A DNA stretch of 63,815 nucleotides, filler included, from Bigelowiella natans CCMP2755 (lineage: Eukaryota; Protista; Cercozoa): assembly GCA_000320545.1 (NCBI GenBank). It is 6 parts of 6 records of this genome, joined end to end, with 100 filler letters (N's around TTAATTAATTAA, not from the genome) between each part and the next. Parts side by side here need not be neighbours in the genome. Positions count along the whole stretch, not along the records: positions 1 to 18,590 come from ADNK01002415.1; 5 more parts are not named here. One strand, written 5' to 3'. Below the pieces are notes generated by a model. The model did not search any database. It saw nothing but the letters and a program-made list of their open reading frames with translations, and was not told the DNA's origin. The translations under genes were made by a program, and so were the position numbers. How positions within the stretch are numbered: the stretch's first letter is position 1; each line of letters starts with the position of its first letter. This document shows positions 1 through 13,259 of the stretch, in pieces.

Positions 1-582
<582 letters not shown>

Positions 583-916
583 TCCATATTTGAATTGCAA
601 TACCACATCCACGTTTCACGTTTCACATGTGCGTTTGTTGGGCGTCTACCTCGGAATTGCCGTAGGAGATGACAAAGGGCAGCTGCGATAACACTATCAA
701 CGAGGAGCAGTTTATTACTCTCGTCACCGCCGCCGCCAAAGAAAGTAAGAACAGCAGCAGCAGCAGCAAAGACAGCGCCGGAGACGAGGAAGCGCCAAGG
801 TCATCATTCGCCCGACAAAGAGCAGATGTATCTAGTATTCATTGAGGTCTATGTGTACACAGTTTCGTATGGTTTCGTGTGGTTTTAAAAGATAGGAAGA
901 TATAGATATATAAATA

Positions 917-954
<38 letters not shown>

Positions 955-1458
955 TTAGTATGAATGGAAGATTGTGATTTTTGCGTGTTTGCCGGCCTCT
1001 CAGCGGCAAAGGGATCTCGGCAGAACTCGCACGCGCGCTTTTCTCGGTCGCGGACAAGGACAAGAATGGCGGGGTGAGTTTTGTCGGTGCTTGCAATGAG
1101 CAATGCTGGCTAGTGATGACGGTGCTACCACCAAACTGCTAAAACCGAACCATTCGTTGATTTCCGTTCATGATATATCGATGATTGCGTATGTCCTCTG
1201 CGGTTGCATTGCACGTGCATATCCGCCTCAGGTTGACTTTCGAGAGCTGATGGTTTCGCTCTCGCTGCTGAGCAAAGGTAGCAGTAGCAGCGGCACTAAT
1301 AAATCCTCGCGCAAGCTGGATATAGTTTGCTGCAGACTTCTAGTGCTGACTAGAAAAATGGTATTATAGCTGTGGTAGGTACAAGTGTGCTTCTTGTGCT
1401 TTGGGACGAACGCATGCATACACTGACATGGCATAAATATGTACTTAAACATATATAC

Positions 1459-1495
<37 letters not shown>

Positions 1496-1618
1496 CAAAT
1501 ACTAACAGGACCTGAATCGACGAAGGAGCGGCTGCACCATCTTATTCACGCCTTTGACTATAACGGTAGAATGTGCGTCTTTTCCTGAGGAGGCGACGAA
1601 CTAGCCATGTGTGCGTGT

Positions 1619-1670
<52 letters not shown>

Positions 1671-1891
1671 GAAGATTTATAAAATTAGTCAGACGACTAA
1701 ACCTTCACAGTAAGACCATCACCATTCCCCCTCCCCCCTCCCCTTCCCCGCCCCGCTTCCTCTTCTCACCAGGCGACGGTGTTCTTGCAACGAGGGAAAT
1801 TCGTGAGCTTGCTACGGTCTGCATTTTTCATATCTTTTGTGGATTTGAGTGTATACGTGATATAGTAAGAATTAGCATGTAAAAAGTTATG

Positions 1892-1923
<32 letters not shown>

Positions 1924-2002
1924 TATATTTATTATAAACATTTTTATTTATTTTGGTATTCCTGATTATATATCGATTTGTGGATGTGTGTATGTGTGTG
2001 AC

Positions 2003-2079
<77 letters not shown>

Positions 2080-2926
2080 GCTTTCAATACGCATGGCTTC
2101 TAATCACTGCTGTTCACTCTGGATGTTGATGGGAAAACGCCGTATTAGTACTTTGCCTTACCGATTTTCCTTCATCGGCAGGTGTTAGTGCGGCACCGAC
2201 TTCGGGCTAAAACAGGGCGAAAGAAGGATGATGATGGTATGATGAACATCTGCATTTAATACGCATGCTACATTGCATGTTTATATGGATATAGCTTGCG
2301 TGTTTGAACGCTGTTTGCATTGATTCGTGGTGTGTGTGCTTGGTTTGGCTGGCTGTGAGTCAATTGCGTGTATTATCATTTTGTAATGTTGTTCCAACAA
2401 TGGCACTCGAATGCTATCGATAGGGAACGAATCTCCTACTCCGTCTCAAGAAGGTGCGTTCTCTGCGCCTCGCCTTCCAAACGTTGTGTATTGTAGTTGT
2501 CCTAATTGGTGGTCGGTGCATCGATTGTGTTTGCCTTCGTCCCTGAGTGCTGCTGGTGCTCTTTCTTGCCCTTTGCCCCTCGCGCAGTTGAGAACATGTA
2601 CAATGAGCTCTTGGAGCTAGACGCCGACAGTAATACGAAGATGACACCTGACACCCTCTGCTGCTGTGTGAATGGTGCGGCGGCCGGTGACACAAAGGCA
2701 GTGAGAATGACCGCCATCATAACGATTATGGGGGAAAACTGCTACATTGTGATTTGTCAAGATGTCTGTTGGCAAGCAGCTGACTGCGTGCTCAACTAAG
2801 GCGCGTGTTGTGGATGTTGCTTTTGGTGATAATAGTGTCAGGAGGACTTTCCGTCACGGAATTGGAAAAAGGGTAGACAGGAATAGTTTGTATGTATTGA
2901 GTGGGGGGGGGGGGGGGGGAGTATGG

Positions 2927-3566
2927 TTAAAACTGATTTTGATAACACCAAAACAGATTGAAGCGCTGTCCGGCACTGTCGCGTTTGATAGCAGATATGC
3001 ACGTGTCGGTGAGGAATAGGCTGAGTATTGCCTCGGCCCGGCTGCTCGCGCTCGAGATTCAAACAATTAGGAGTGTGTTTCTCCAAACACACATGCACCT
3101 GATAATATCGTCCTTGTTGTCTTCGCAAAGGGCTATAATCAGCTTGGCATAGGTCACGCGCGTCTGCGAGAAAGCAACACATTTGCCGGCCTCAAAACAA
3201 CTCTACATCGACGTATCGCACACACAAACACACACACGCACACGCGCGCGCGCGCGCAGACACACACACACACACACACACACACAATGCAGCGTAAGAA
3301 GCAACCTCCGGGGCAATACGCTTGACTTGGCCGTAGTCTATAAGTCCGAGCCGTCCGTCTTCCATTAGCAGCACCTACACAACAGTTGCGCTTCCTGTGA
3401 GATATCCCCCCAATCGAAGCGCCTCAAATGGACGCTTTTGCATCAGGGGGAGGGGGCGCTAAGGAACGAGCACAGTTACTCCTATCGATGCTACTCAGGG
3501 TGTTGGCTGATGGGATGGTATGAATTGCTTTTCCCCCATTACAATGCCAAAATCCCACCCCTCAAT

Positions 3567-3619
<53 letters not shown>

Positions 3620-4036
3620 TACATCTAACACGTGGTATGTGTCAGTATATCCATCTCACATTTCCAGGATGAGGGTCGCCGTTGAAGACTCCGTCAATGA
3701 ATATTTCATGCGCGTGCACCTGAGAGCGCCAGCAGCGGCTCACTGAACGCCAACGTTGATGATCGAGAGGTAAAATTGGAAATCATGTGATTTCTCTTTC
3801 TCCTCTCCCCCCCTCCTTCCACTCACCTTCTCCCATAACATGAATGATGCAAACTCTGCCCATGCGCATTATTCGTTTCGAACCATCACGCTCGCAGTCT
3901 CGAATAGCAATAATCATATGCAGAGCTCCTCTTCGTGTGAGGCTATGGGTGTACCTGTAACAAGAGCTGGATAATCTCCGCAAGGTTGAGCGGGGGGTCG
4001 GACCACTTTATCGTATATTTTCCAAATAAAAACCCT

Positions 4037-4073
<37 letters not shown>

Positions 4074-4107
4074 AGCGCGTGCAAACAAAGAGAGACAGAC
4101 AGAGAGA

Positions 4108-4148
<41 letters not shown>

Positions 4149-5156
4149 AGGGAGAGGGAGATAGAAAATGGCAAATTAGAGAAACAATAGAGAATATTAC
4201 AACAAAGAACGTCTTTGACCAAAAGAGAAATATAGTATCAGCAGCGATGCGAGACCGAGCTGCAAACTGTACCGAATGTGTAGTTGAAGAGAAATCGAGG
4301 CAAGTTCATCACAGCATCTTGCGCGAGCATCAGTCGCTGCATCCAGCGGATGGTAGATGCCTCTGAGAACAGTTGGCCAAAGTACCACCGCCAGCAGCAG
4401 GGCAAATAGGCAAATAGCGGCAGAAACAACGCAAAAGTCAATAAATTTTCTTTTTGAACAAAAATATCCTGTGCGATTCGGCATGTAGCTTAACGGGAAC
4501 ATCTTCAGGTTTCACAGCTCATAGCCCTTAATCCGCCCCTTTCTCTCCCCCCCTCTTTGTCGTGCTCTTTCTATATAACCACAATTATTTACTTCCATGC
4601 ATATGTGTGTATGCGCGCGTGCTCGCGCGCGTGTGCGTGTACGTACGTACGTACGTGTGTGTGTGTGCGTGTGTGTGTGTGTGTGCTTATATGTAACATC
4701 TCTAGATCCATTAGCCTCTATGCACACACCGGCAAACCAAAAACCAACAAACAGACAAGACCTTCCGCAAGGGACGATGGGCCGTGGGCAGAATCGTTCA
4801 AACTACTGTTGCTTCCTTCGCCGTCATCCTTAACCTCATCAAACGTGCTGTAGCGATCTCTACAAATTCATCGAGCAATACGTGTTTGCGAGTCGGTTTA
4901 TAGTGGCGAAGTATGCAGATGGAAAAGCGGAAAAAGAATTTGGGGGTGAAACCAGTGAAGTCGCAGCACCTGAAATCTTTCTCAAGATCCTCGAGAGTGC
5001 GCCCTGCCCACAGTGTTATGTACACCGCGCAAGATATTTCACAGTAACACGCATTAATGAGTTTTGAAAAGATACGATAAACAATAAATAAACATATAAT
5101 TATATAAACATAAATGCATCGGAACACACACACACACACACACACACACATTCACA

Positions 5157-5203
<47 letters not shown>

Positions 5204-5989
5204 GTAATTGTGCTTGTGTTGATGACCTTGCTGCTTAGCTAAGACCTCCATTCGCTTTTCAATCCCTTTGAGGAGTGGAACTCCGTGCAAGTACTCCATG
5301 GTGAGAATCTAGGGTTCGCGAGAAAATGAGAGGGGGGGGGCATTATGGGGGCATTTAACACGAGGCAATACGTGGTTCTTTTGTTTTATTTCAAGGTGAT
5401 TTGCAAACCGCTCTGTGATAGATAATTCGAGTATCTAATAAAGAGGTTGCAAAAAGAAGGAAATGCTATTTTTGTTTTGGAAGAATCAAAAGCTTTGAAA
5501 CGAGCATTCGAAGTTTTGTCTTGGTCCGCTCCTACTACTACTACTACTACTGCTATAGCGAGAGGCATGCAGCGATGAGCGCTGTGATTCATGTGTATCA
5601 CCGTCTTTTTGCACAAGGGAAGAATTGGTTTTGGAACGCACACCCTACATTGATGATGACGATGATGCATTGTTATAGGTAGATGGTGGTGACGATGATG
5701 ATGACAATGCTGCACTGCCAATGATAAGTGATGATGATGATGAAGTATTATTGATGATAGATGGTGATGAAGATGGTGATAATGATGAAGATGGCTTGCC
5801 ATTGATAAATGATGATGATGATGATGGTGATGATGATAATGCCATTGTTAATGACAGGATGACTAATAGCGACGATGTATTAACATTGTTTTCATTTTGC
5901 AAAACTATTCCTCCCCTCCACCACACCACGCACCTGTCACTCCATTGCTTCTGTAGATTTCTCTCGATTTCTACTAAATTCTGTGCCTG

Positions 5990-6064
<75 letters not shown>

Positions 6065-6637
6065 ATACATCATAAACTAGTTGAATAACGATTCGGCAAA
6101 GACTACACGTATCTCTATGCATTGATGTATGCAATCGGTTTCAATACATGAGTATTGCGCCATAACGAGTAGACGCTACGGATCACTTGTTTACTTAACT
6201 CTAAGGACGAATCTATACTACAAAACACACACACACACACACACACAAAATGCAAGCATATATGCATACACATATACGTGCGCCGTCATTCAAACAGAAT
6301 CAATCCATAAACGACACGCAAAACTAACAGACAATAACGCACCTCCAATTTATAGTCAAATTCGGTTAAAAACTGCTTTTCGATCTCGCGCAGAGGCTTC
6401 ACGTGCTACATAGAGGCATTTTCCATAACCGGATGATTAGCAGGTCTCCGCGCTCAAGTGGGGTGGATTTGTGCGTGCGTGCAGAGGAATGTCACTATAT
6501 CTATATGGCTGTTTCATTAATACCGATTTCTAGAAGGAATTTACTCCCTTTTATCGATCAATCTCCAACGTTAATACAATATATATATATATATATATAT
6601 TGATATATATGTAGATTATTGATATTACTGTGTGTGC

Positions 6638-6688
<51 letters not shown>

Positions 6689-7336
6689 TGTATGTATGTT
6701 TTGCGCGTGTTTCTACGAGCTTTACAGCAAAAGCACCACACCTGAGGCATTGCAAGCTTGCAGAATCTTATGATGTTCTTCAAATCTGACCGAAATTTGT
6801 GCTCTATTCCAGGGTACTGCGCAGCATCAACGACGATGACGATCATAACATCGACGAGAAGAGAAAAGTGACCATCAACGCAAACTAGCATTTTTTTTTA
6901 AAGGGAGGTTGCATTATCTTGCAGCCTTCGATTCTCGTGCGTTTCAGCGTTAAGAATCGGCGCTCCAACCCCCCCCCCCAAAAAGGAAGTTTGACAACTG
7001 AAAGAAGCGACTCTTCGTTCGATCTTGGAAAGTCACGCTGTTCATCGATATGCCCACCAGAACATACAGCGGATTTGGCGCTGACGCGCGATGAGTCGCG
7101 GCCATTTATTTGACGAGTTTGCGGCGGGAAAGGGAAGGTGTGGTTAGAGTGAGTCGGTTTCGCATTAGCGTGGATTGTTGGCGAGGTCTTGTACCTGGAT
7201 CTTGATTGCTACTTCCTTGCCATTGCTCTTTAGGCGAGCACGGTGTACTTGGCCAATGCTACATGGTAAATGGTTTTTTTTATTGTAGATTACATATAAT
7301 ATTTATATACATGTATATGTACTTATGTACTAATGC

Positions 7337-7377
<41 letters not shown>

Positions 7378-7547
7378 TGTGCGTGCATGTGTGTGAGTAA
7401 GATATACTCTTTCGCTGGCCATCTAGAATGTAGCGAATAGCGCCAATGCAGGTGCGGGTGTTGATGCTTCAACATCGATCCGCATCAATATACTAGAAAA
7501 ATGCAGAAATATATATAATCTACACAGATATAACATACTATATATTA

Positions 7548-7578
<31 letters not shown>

Positions 7579-7703
7579 TTGATATATATATATATAATAT
7601 TTATATATAATTAAATGTGTTATTGCATTCGTGTACATAAATGCACCTACCTCGCCGAACCACAGGGTTCATCGCTCCAATCAATAAATATATCCTTTCA
7701 ATA

Positions 7704-7740
<37 letters not shown>

Positions 7741-7952
7741 AACACGCAATTACAAGGAAGATGAGCTTTGAAGTCAAGACAGCATTCAATGGGGGCTATT
7801 ACTCCGGAACATCGGGTAGAGTTTGGTAGTAAAAATACGCGCGCATGAGCTATCATGTACAATATTTATATTTAAAAATCTATGTTAAATCAAAATACAT
7901 ATATAAACAACATATATAATAATTTTTGTGAGAAGAAGGCAGAAAGAAAGAT

Positions 7953-7993
<41 letters not shown>

Positions 7994-8487
7994 GGGAAAG
8001 AATGCAAGAGGAGTTACTTCTAAGGGGCATTCTAATGCCTCCTCCACGAGCATACGAGCTTGTCCTTTCCTGAATGGAGTAGGCACCTACAACGACCGAT
8101 CCATAGAAGGAAGAGAAGCAAAGGTAGAGGAAAAAGGAAACATACAGCGCCAAACATATCAAAAGGGAAGGAAAACGAAGGGAGACGAAGATGAGGGGAA
8201 CAGGAGATTTGCCTAGTATAGCATTTTCAGCGTGTCAAAAGACGCAATCTAACTCCGTACAGATATAACATCAAATGGAAAAGAGCTTTAGCCATGCAAT
8301 ATCATTGCTGATCAACAGCTCATCACGACTACAAATCATGGTACGGGGTCTTAGCTATTGCAAGCATCATCACGCACCTCGTCTTGCATCTCTGTGCACC
8401 ATTCCATGTATTGAGGCGGCACCGTGCTTGTTATCGTGCTAATCAAGGAATAATAGAAACCATTCAAAAGTATCATCCATTAAATAC

Positions 8488-8533
<46 letters not shown>

Positions 8534-8720
8534 TCAAAATCCCTCGCCGTTAGGAGTAATTCTAAACTTTCATTTTGATCGGAAAGGGGGGGGGGAGAGA
8601 TTGTGCCGAGGGAAGGAAGTTTAAATTTCGTAAAATCCGCTCCAAAAACCTTGCTAATTGTGCAGTCTTTAAGTAGAACCCTCGAAGCTAAAATATATGG
8701 TTATCAAACGTCACTCCGTT

Positions 8721-8765
<45 letters not shown>

Positions 8766-9144
8766 GTGTGTATGTGTTTGGTTTGTGTGTGCAAGTGACA
8801 TGGACAAAAAGCCTCTCGTACGACTAATCCTATGTACGTGCTGCGTATTTGTAAAAACGCAACATCTATTTGATTGCGAGAGCTGCTAAATGTATGGTTG
8901 GTTTTTTGGCTATCTTCAGAGTCAATGAACGTACGTCTAAGCATATCCGTTTCGCTATTGGCGCATAGAAGTTATGCAGCTTGTCAAACGCCGCAGCTAT
9001 CTCCTACTCGGGGCGACGGGCAATGTTAGTAGATGGAATCGATGATGGTAAACAAGTATGATCGATGGAAATGAAAGGGTATTTATAGCGCTCACACACA
9101 TACACACACGCCACTCGCACACACTCTCACACACGCAGCATTAA

Positions 9145-9187
<43 letters not shown>

Positions 9188-9670
9188 CATACACGCGCAC
9201 GGAGGTTTCGAATAAGGATTTGGACCTCATCAGTCTTATTCTTCGTCGTCTGATGAACGAACTCGTAGTGAAGATAAATCGGAAAAGCCTACAGAAAGAG
9301 AGGGGGGGGGGTTAGAAATCTCGTGTAACAACTCGCAAGATCAAGCAGCATAGTATCTGCACCGCTCCGTAGGTAATACCTGTCCCCAAAAGGCAAGAGA
9401 TCGTCGGAATCCATCATCGAAATACGCGCCAGCGCACACAGAGACCCCGAGTGCCGCATAGCCTCCTACAAGTCCATAGTTCAGACGATGTACGAGGGTG
9501 CTTCTACACAAGGACAAGGGGGGGGGGATCTGACCTAATACTACTCGCCGAAGCCGAGGCAACTAAAACAGCAATAGTGTGGGGAGAGAGGGAAAATTTA
9601 AGTCAGCTGTTTAGTGACGTATGTTGATGAGAAAGAGAGCCACCATTGCCAGGCTACGTGGGGCAGCCAT
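2927..9670 (-). CDS. ABC1/AarF/UbiB-family atypical protein kinase, multi-exon
   Basis: Minus-strand exons: MAAPRSLAMVALFLINI (ATG 9670), GFRRSLAFWGQ, STVPPQYMEWCTEMQDE, SIGQVHRARLKSNGKEVAIKIQ, YPGIEHKFRSDLKNI, VPKPILPLC, LTMEYLHGVPL, HEIFIDGVFNGDPHPGN (~3660-3720), LLMEDGRLGLIDYGQVK. The 3' end is uncertain. Confidence 0.9.
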
Positions 9671-10040
9671 TGTGATGACGCGTTTGATTTTTTTCTAATT
9701 TTACTTGAATATAAGTGTCGTAGATAACTATAATACTACAATTCATCAATTTCTTCAAACACACTTAGACTATTTTCCAAGCACGAAACTTCTGAAAGTG
9801 CACGTGAGACAAATAGAAAGTTTGGAAGATTGGGCGCACCGGTAGTTTCATTTCAATTTTTACTTGCGACATGTTTTCCGCTTCTGTCGCTTGAAGGGTT
9901 CGGCCACAAACTTTCGAATTGATCGATCAAGAAACGCATGTGTTTTTGACGTAAAAAACACGTAAAAATGATGTCGTAGTCAATTTTACAATGCATTTTA
10001 ACAAAAACGTCAATACTGCGACGACATTCAAAATCAAACA
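9671..10040. promoter_or_regulatory. Putative compact bidirectional promoter between the ABC1 kinase and 5'-nucleotidase genes
   Basis: 370-bp AT-rich, microsatellite-free spacer between divergent ATGs at 9670 (-) and 10041 (+); several TGACG/ACGT-type words. Confidence 0.5.
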
Positions 10041-13000
10041 ATGGGGTGTGGTGCTCAATCCAGGACGAGCAAGAGCATTCCTGATACAGGGGAGGAAACT
10101 GCGGCTTCTAAAGCGGGGGTGACCGGAGAGGGACCTCAAGGTCTGTGTTTTAGATTCTTGAATCCGCTAGCCGTAGAGCCTTTTAGCATGTAGGCTATAT
10201 TTTACAGGGGCGTTGAAGCTGGATTCTCCTTGCAAAGTGCTGATCGGATCTATCAACGACGTCTACCTTACGGACAACATCCCCAAATTCTGCACCTTGG
10301 CCGATACAGTTGCAAAGAGGGAGTCTCCAGATCACATCTTTCTAACTCACGCGGTCCTCTTGCTTTATTAGTTTCACTTCGTCTCCTCTTTCCACCCCTC
10401 TGTGCTCTGTGTTCTTCCTCGAGGCGGAGTCAGTTGTTACTGCAAGTGTTGCTCACGTTCCTTTGTTACAGGGAGACTTTCTTTCTCCGTCGCCATTGTC
10501 AAACTTCGACAAGGTCCTGCTCTCCAGTAGTTTTGAGCGCAAGAAAGAACAGCCGAGATGAGTATGGGCTTGGGTGCTAAATCCGTCCGTCTTTTCCTCG
10601 TGTCCGTCTTTTCTTGCCCATAGCAATTTCGATCACCGACATTTGTGTTTTGTGCAGGGGCTGAATATGATTCACGTTCTCAACGAGGCCGGGCTGACGC
10701 ATATAACCTTGGGAAACCACGAGTTTGACATCGCCCTTCCTGAGCTGAAAGCAAGGTCTGTTAGCTGCGGCGCCGAGCCTGGATGTATCCAAATCCCGCA
10801 ACGATTTTTCGGTTTCCCTTAGCTTTTTATAAAATAGAAGTATCGTTGATAGGCCAAATAACGAAGCCGCGCAGTTTCTAGGACGTAGGAATCATCTATC
10901 TATTCTCAATGCAACAGCTAGAACTGGGCTACATGTCGGCACAATAGAACACACGCAAACACACGCAAACACGCACACGAATAATACGCTGTTACCGTGT
11001 GTCAGACTTCAATCGCTCACCCGGAAAACCAAAATCGTGTGCTCTAATGTCGAGTTCCCCTCGGGCTCCAACGCCGACTACAACGTCGTTAAGAACGACA
11101 TCTCGATACTGCAGCCTCAGGTGATTGGTATGTAGCTAAGCTTACTGCTCGTAAAACGGGGGGCAGATTGCTGGATTCTGTGACGACGTGATTCACGTGA
11201 AATCCAGGCTGAATTTGCATTATATAGCGCACGTGAGACATGTATGTCTACATATATATGGAGTTCGGGTGTGTGAGCAAGCGTATATGTGTGTGAGTGT
11301 GCGCGTGTGTGTGTGTGTGAGAGAGAGTGTGTATGTCCATATACAACCATCGTTACCAAATCTTCGCCCCCAGCGCAAGACTGAGTCTAGATAGTGCGGA
11401 GAGAGATGTAGAGAAAGTCCCAATGCATTGCGCGCCGCCTCGCCATTGAGTCGCCTTCACATCTAGGGAATCAAAATCGGTTGGATAGGACTGCTCACCC
11501 CAGAAACCGTAGAATTGCTCAAAGCAGGTGGCCTTTACTCGAAATATGAAGGCCTGGAGGTCACCGACCCCATCGAGTCAGCAAAGGAGCAGATAGCAGA
11601 ACTCAATAAGGAGGGCGTGCACGCTATTATTCTCCTCACACACCTCTCGGTCAAGCAGGACAAGCTGTTGGCGGAGGAGGCTGCAAAGCACGGAATCAAA
11701 CTCATTTTAGGGGGTGAGGATCGCTTCGATAAATCAGATTCAATCTTCATTCCAATTCCTTTCCCTAATTCGGGAGGGGGGGGCGGGGGGGAGGTTTGAA
11801 ACAAAAACTGTCTTTTTTTGGAGCAGCGTGCTGACACTAGTCCCGCATTGTATGCATTGCAGGTCATGATCACAACAAGATAGTGGAGCAGCCCCATGGC
11901 GTTCATTTGATAAAATCGGGCTACGATGCGATCGAGGCGTCGTTTGTCACCTTGACCTTCAATGCAGACGCGGAGAAGAAGGCACAGGCTCAAAGCGGAG
12001 AGGGGAAGGCCAGCAGCGGGGAATCTAAGCTGCTCCCTCACGAAGTGGATGTGAAGCTTCTGAATGTGTCAGAAGTCAAAGCTGATGATAAAGCGTTTAA
12101 AAAAATGGTGCAGCTTGTCGAAGCTGGGAACAAAAAGCTCAAAGCCCTCGGATCCACGCTCTTGATCCCCCCTCCCAAGTGCGATGGGAAGGACTCCGAA
12201 AAAGTGCTGTTGTCTTCGAAAAATCCACGGAATGCTCAGTGCACAGTAGGGCGTCTATTCTGCGACATCCTGAAGAGGTTTTTCCAAGCGGACGTCGCGA
12301 TTGTGAATTCTGGCAAGATTCGCAACAAAAGCGATTATCCCAAAGGCCTAACGCTAACAGATGTAGGAGCAGAGCTCCCGTTCAAGGATAACTTTACTTA
12401 CATGGTTAGTTCTCCCATTTTAAGTGTATCGTGAGTATCTCCACGAATCTAGGAATACAATGTTTTCAATTTTTTCTCCGTTTTTGGCGAGAGGTGTAAG
12501 AAACTGTAGCAAAGTGAGTGACAGCGAAGCGTCGAATAAAGAAATAGAACCCCAATTGTTTGAGGAAATATTACAGCAACACCACCATTAATTACATATT
12601 TTACCACATTTTTGTCTAGAACACAGCTGATGTTCGTCCGAGGCAAAGAACACCGATTAATGCGATTTCGATATTCTGATTATCAGCATCTTTGTCACAA
12701 TATTCGATTTCCGCCGCAGGTTAAAATGACTGGCAAAGAGATCGAGGAGGTCATTGTTTTTTCGTACAAAGAAAAGCTGGGCCAGGGTGGTTTCTTGGCC
12801 TATGATAACGGGTTAGAGTTCGATGAGAAAGAAAAGAAGCTCACTAGTATCAATTGCAATACATCTTTCGTCAAGGATAACCTCTATTCAGTGGTTGTGC
12901 CCATATCATTACTTAATGGCATGGATGGAGTTCTACCTCTAGCGAAAATTGGTGAGCGCGAAAAGACAAAGGAGGTCTCTCTAGACCATCTTATGTTGTT

Positions 13001-13256
13001 GCAAGACATCGTCATCAAACAATGTGTGTTCGACCAATGGGAGCAATTAAATGTAACTGCTTGCGACTTCAAAAATGCGGACAAAAACAACAACTCTTTG
13101 ATTGAGCACGAGGAGTTTGTTGAGTTTCTCAAAGCTTCTCATCCAGAGGTTAGTGGTGACATCATCAACATGTTTTGGGAGAGTTTGGATGAGGATGGTA
13201 ACGGTGCACTGAGTGAGGAAGAATTTCTTCGCAAGACTGCTTCCAAAGCCAAATGA
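10041..13256 (+). CDS. 5'-nucleotidase/UshA-like metallophosphoesterase with N-terminal MGC acylation motif and C-terminal EF-hand pair
   Basis: Exons give MGCGAQS..., SINDVY, HAGDFLSPSPLS, TLGNHEFD, VCSNV, IGWIGLLT, IILLTHL, ILGGHDH, ADVAIVNSGKIR, ELPFKDN, then EF loops DKNNNSLIEHEE and DEDGNGALSEEE. Stop TGA 13254-13256. Confidence 0.92.
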
Positions 13257-13259
13257 CAT

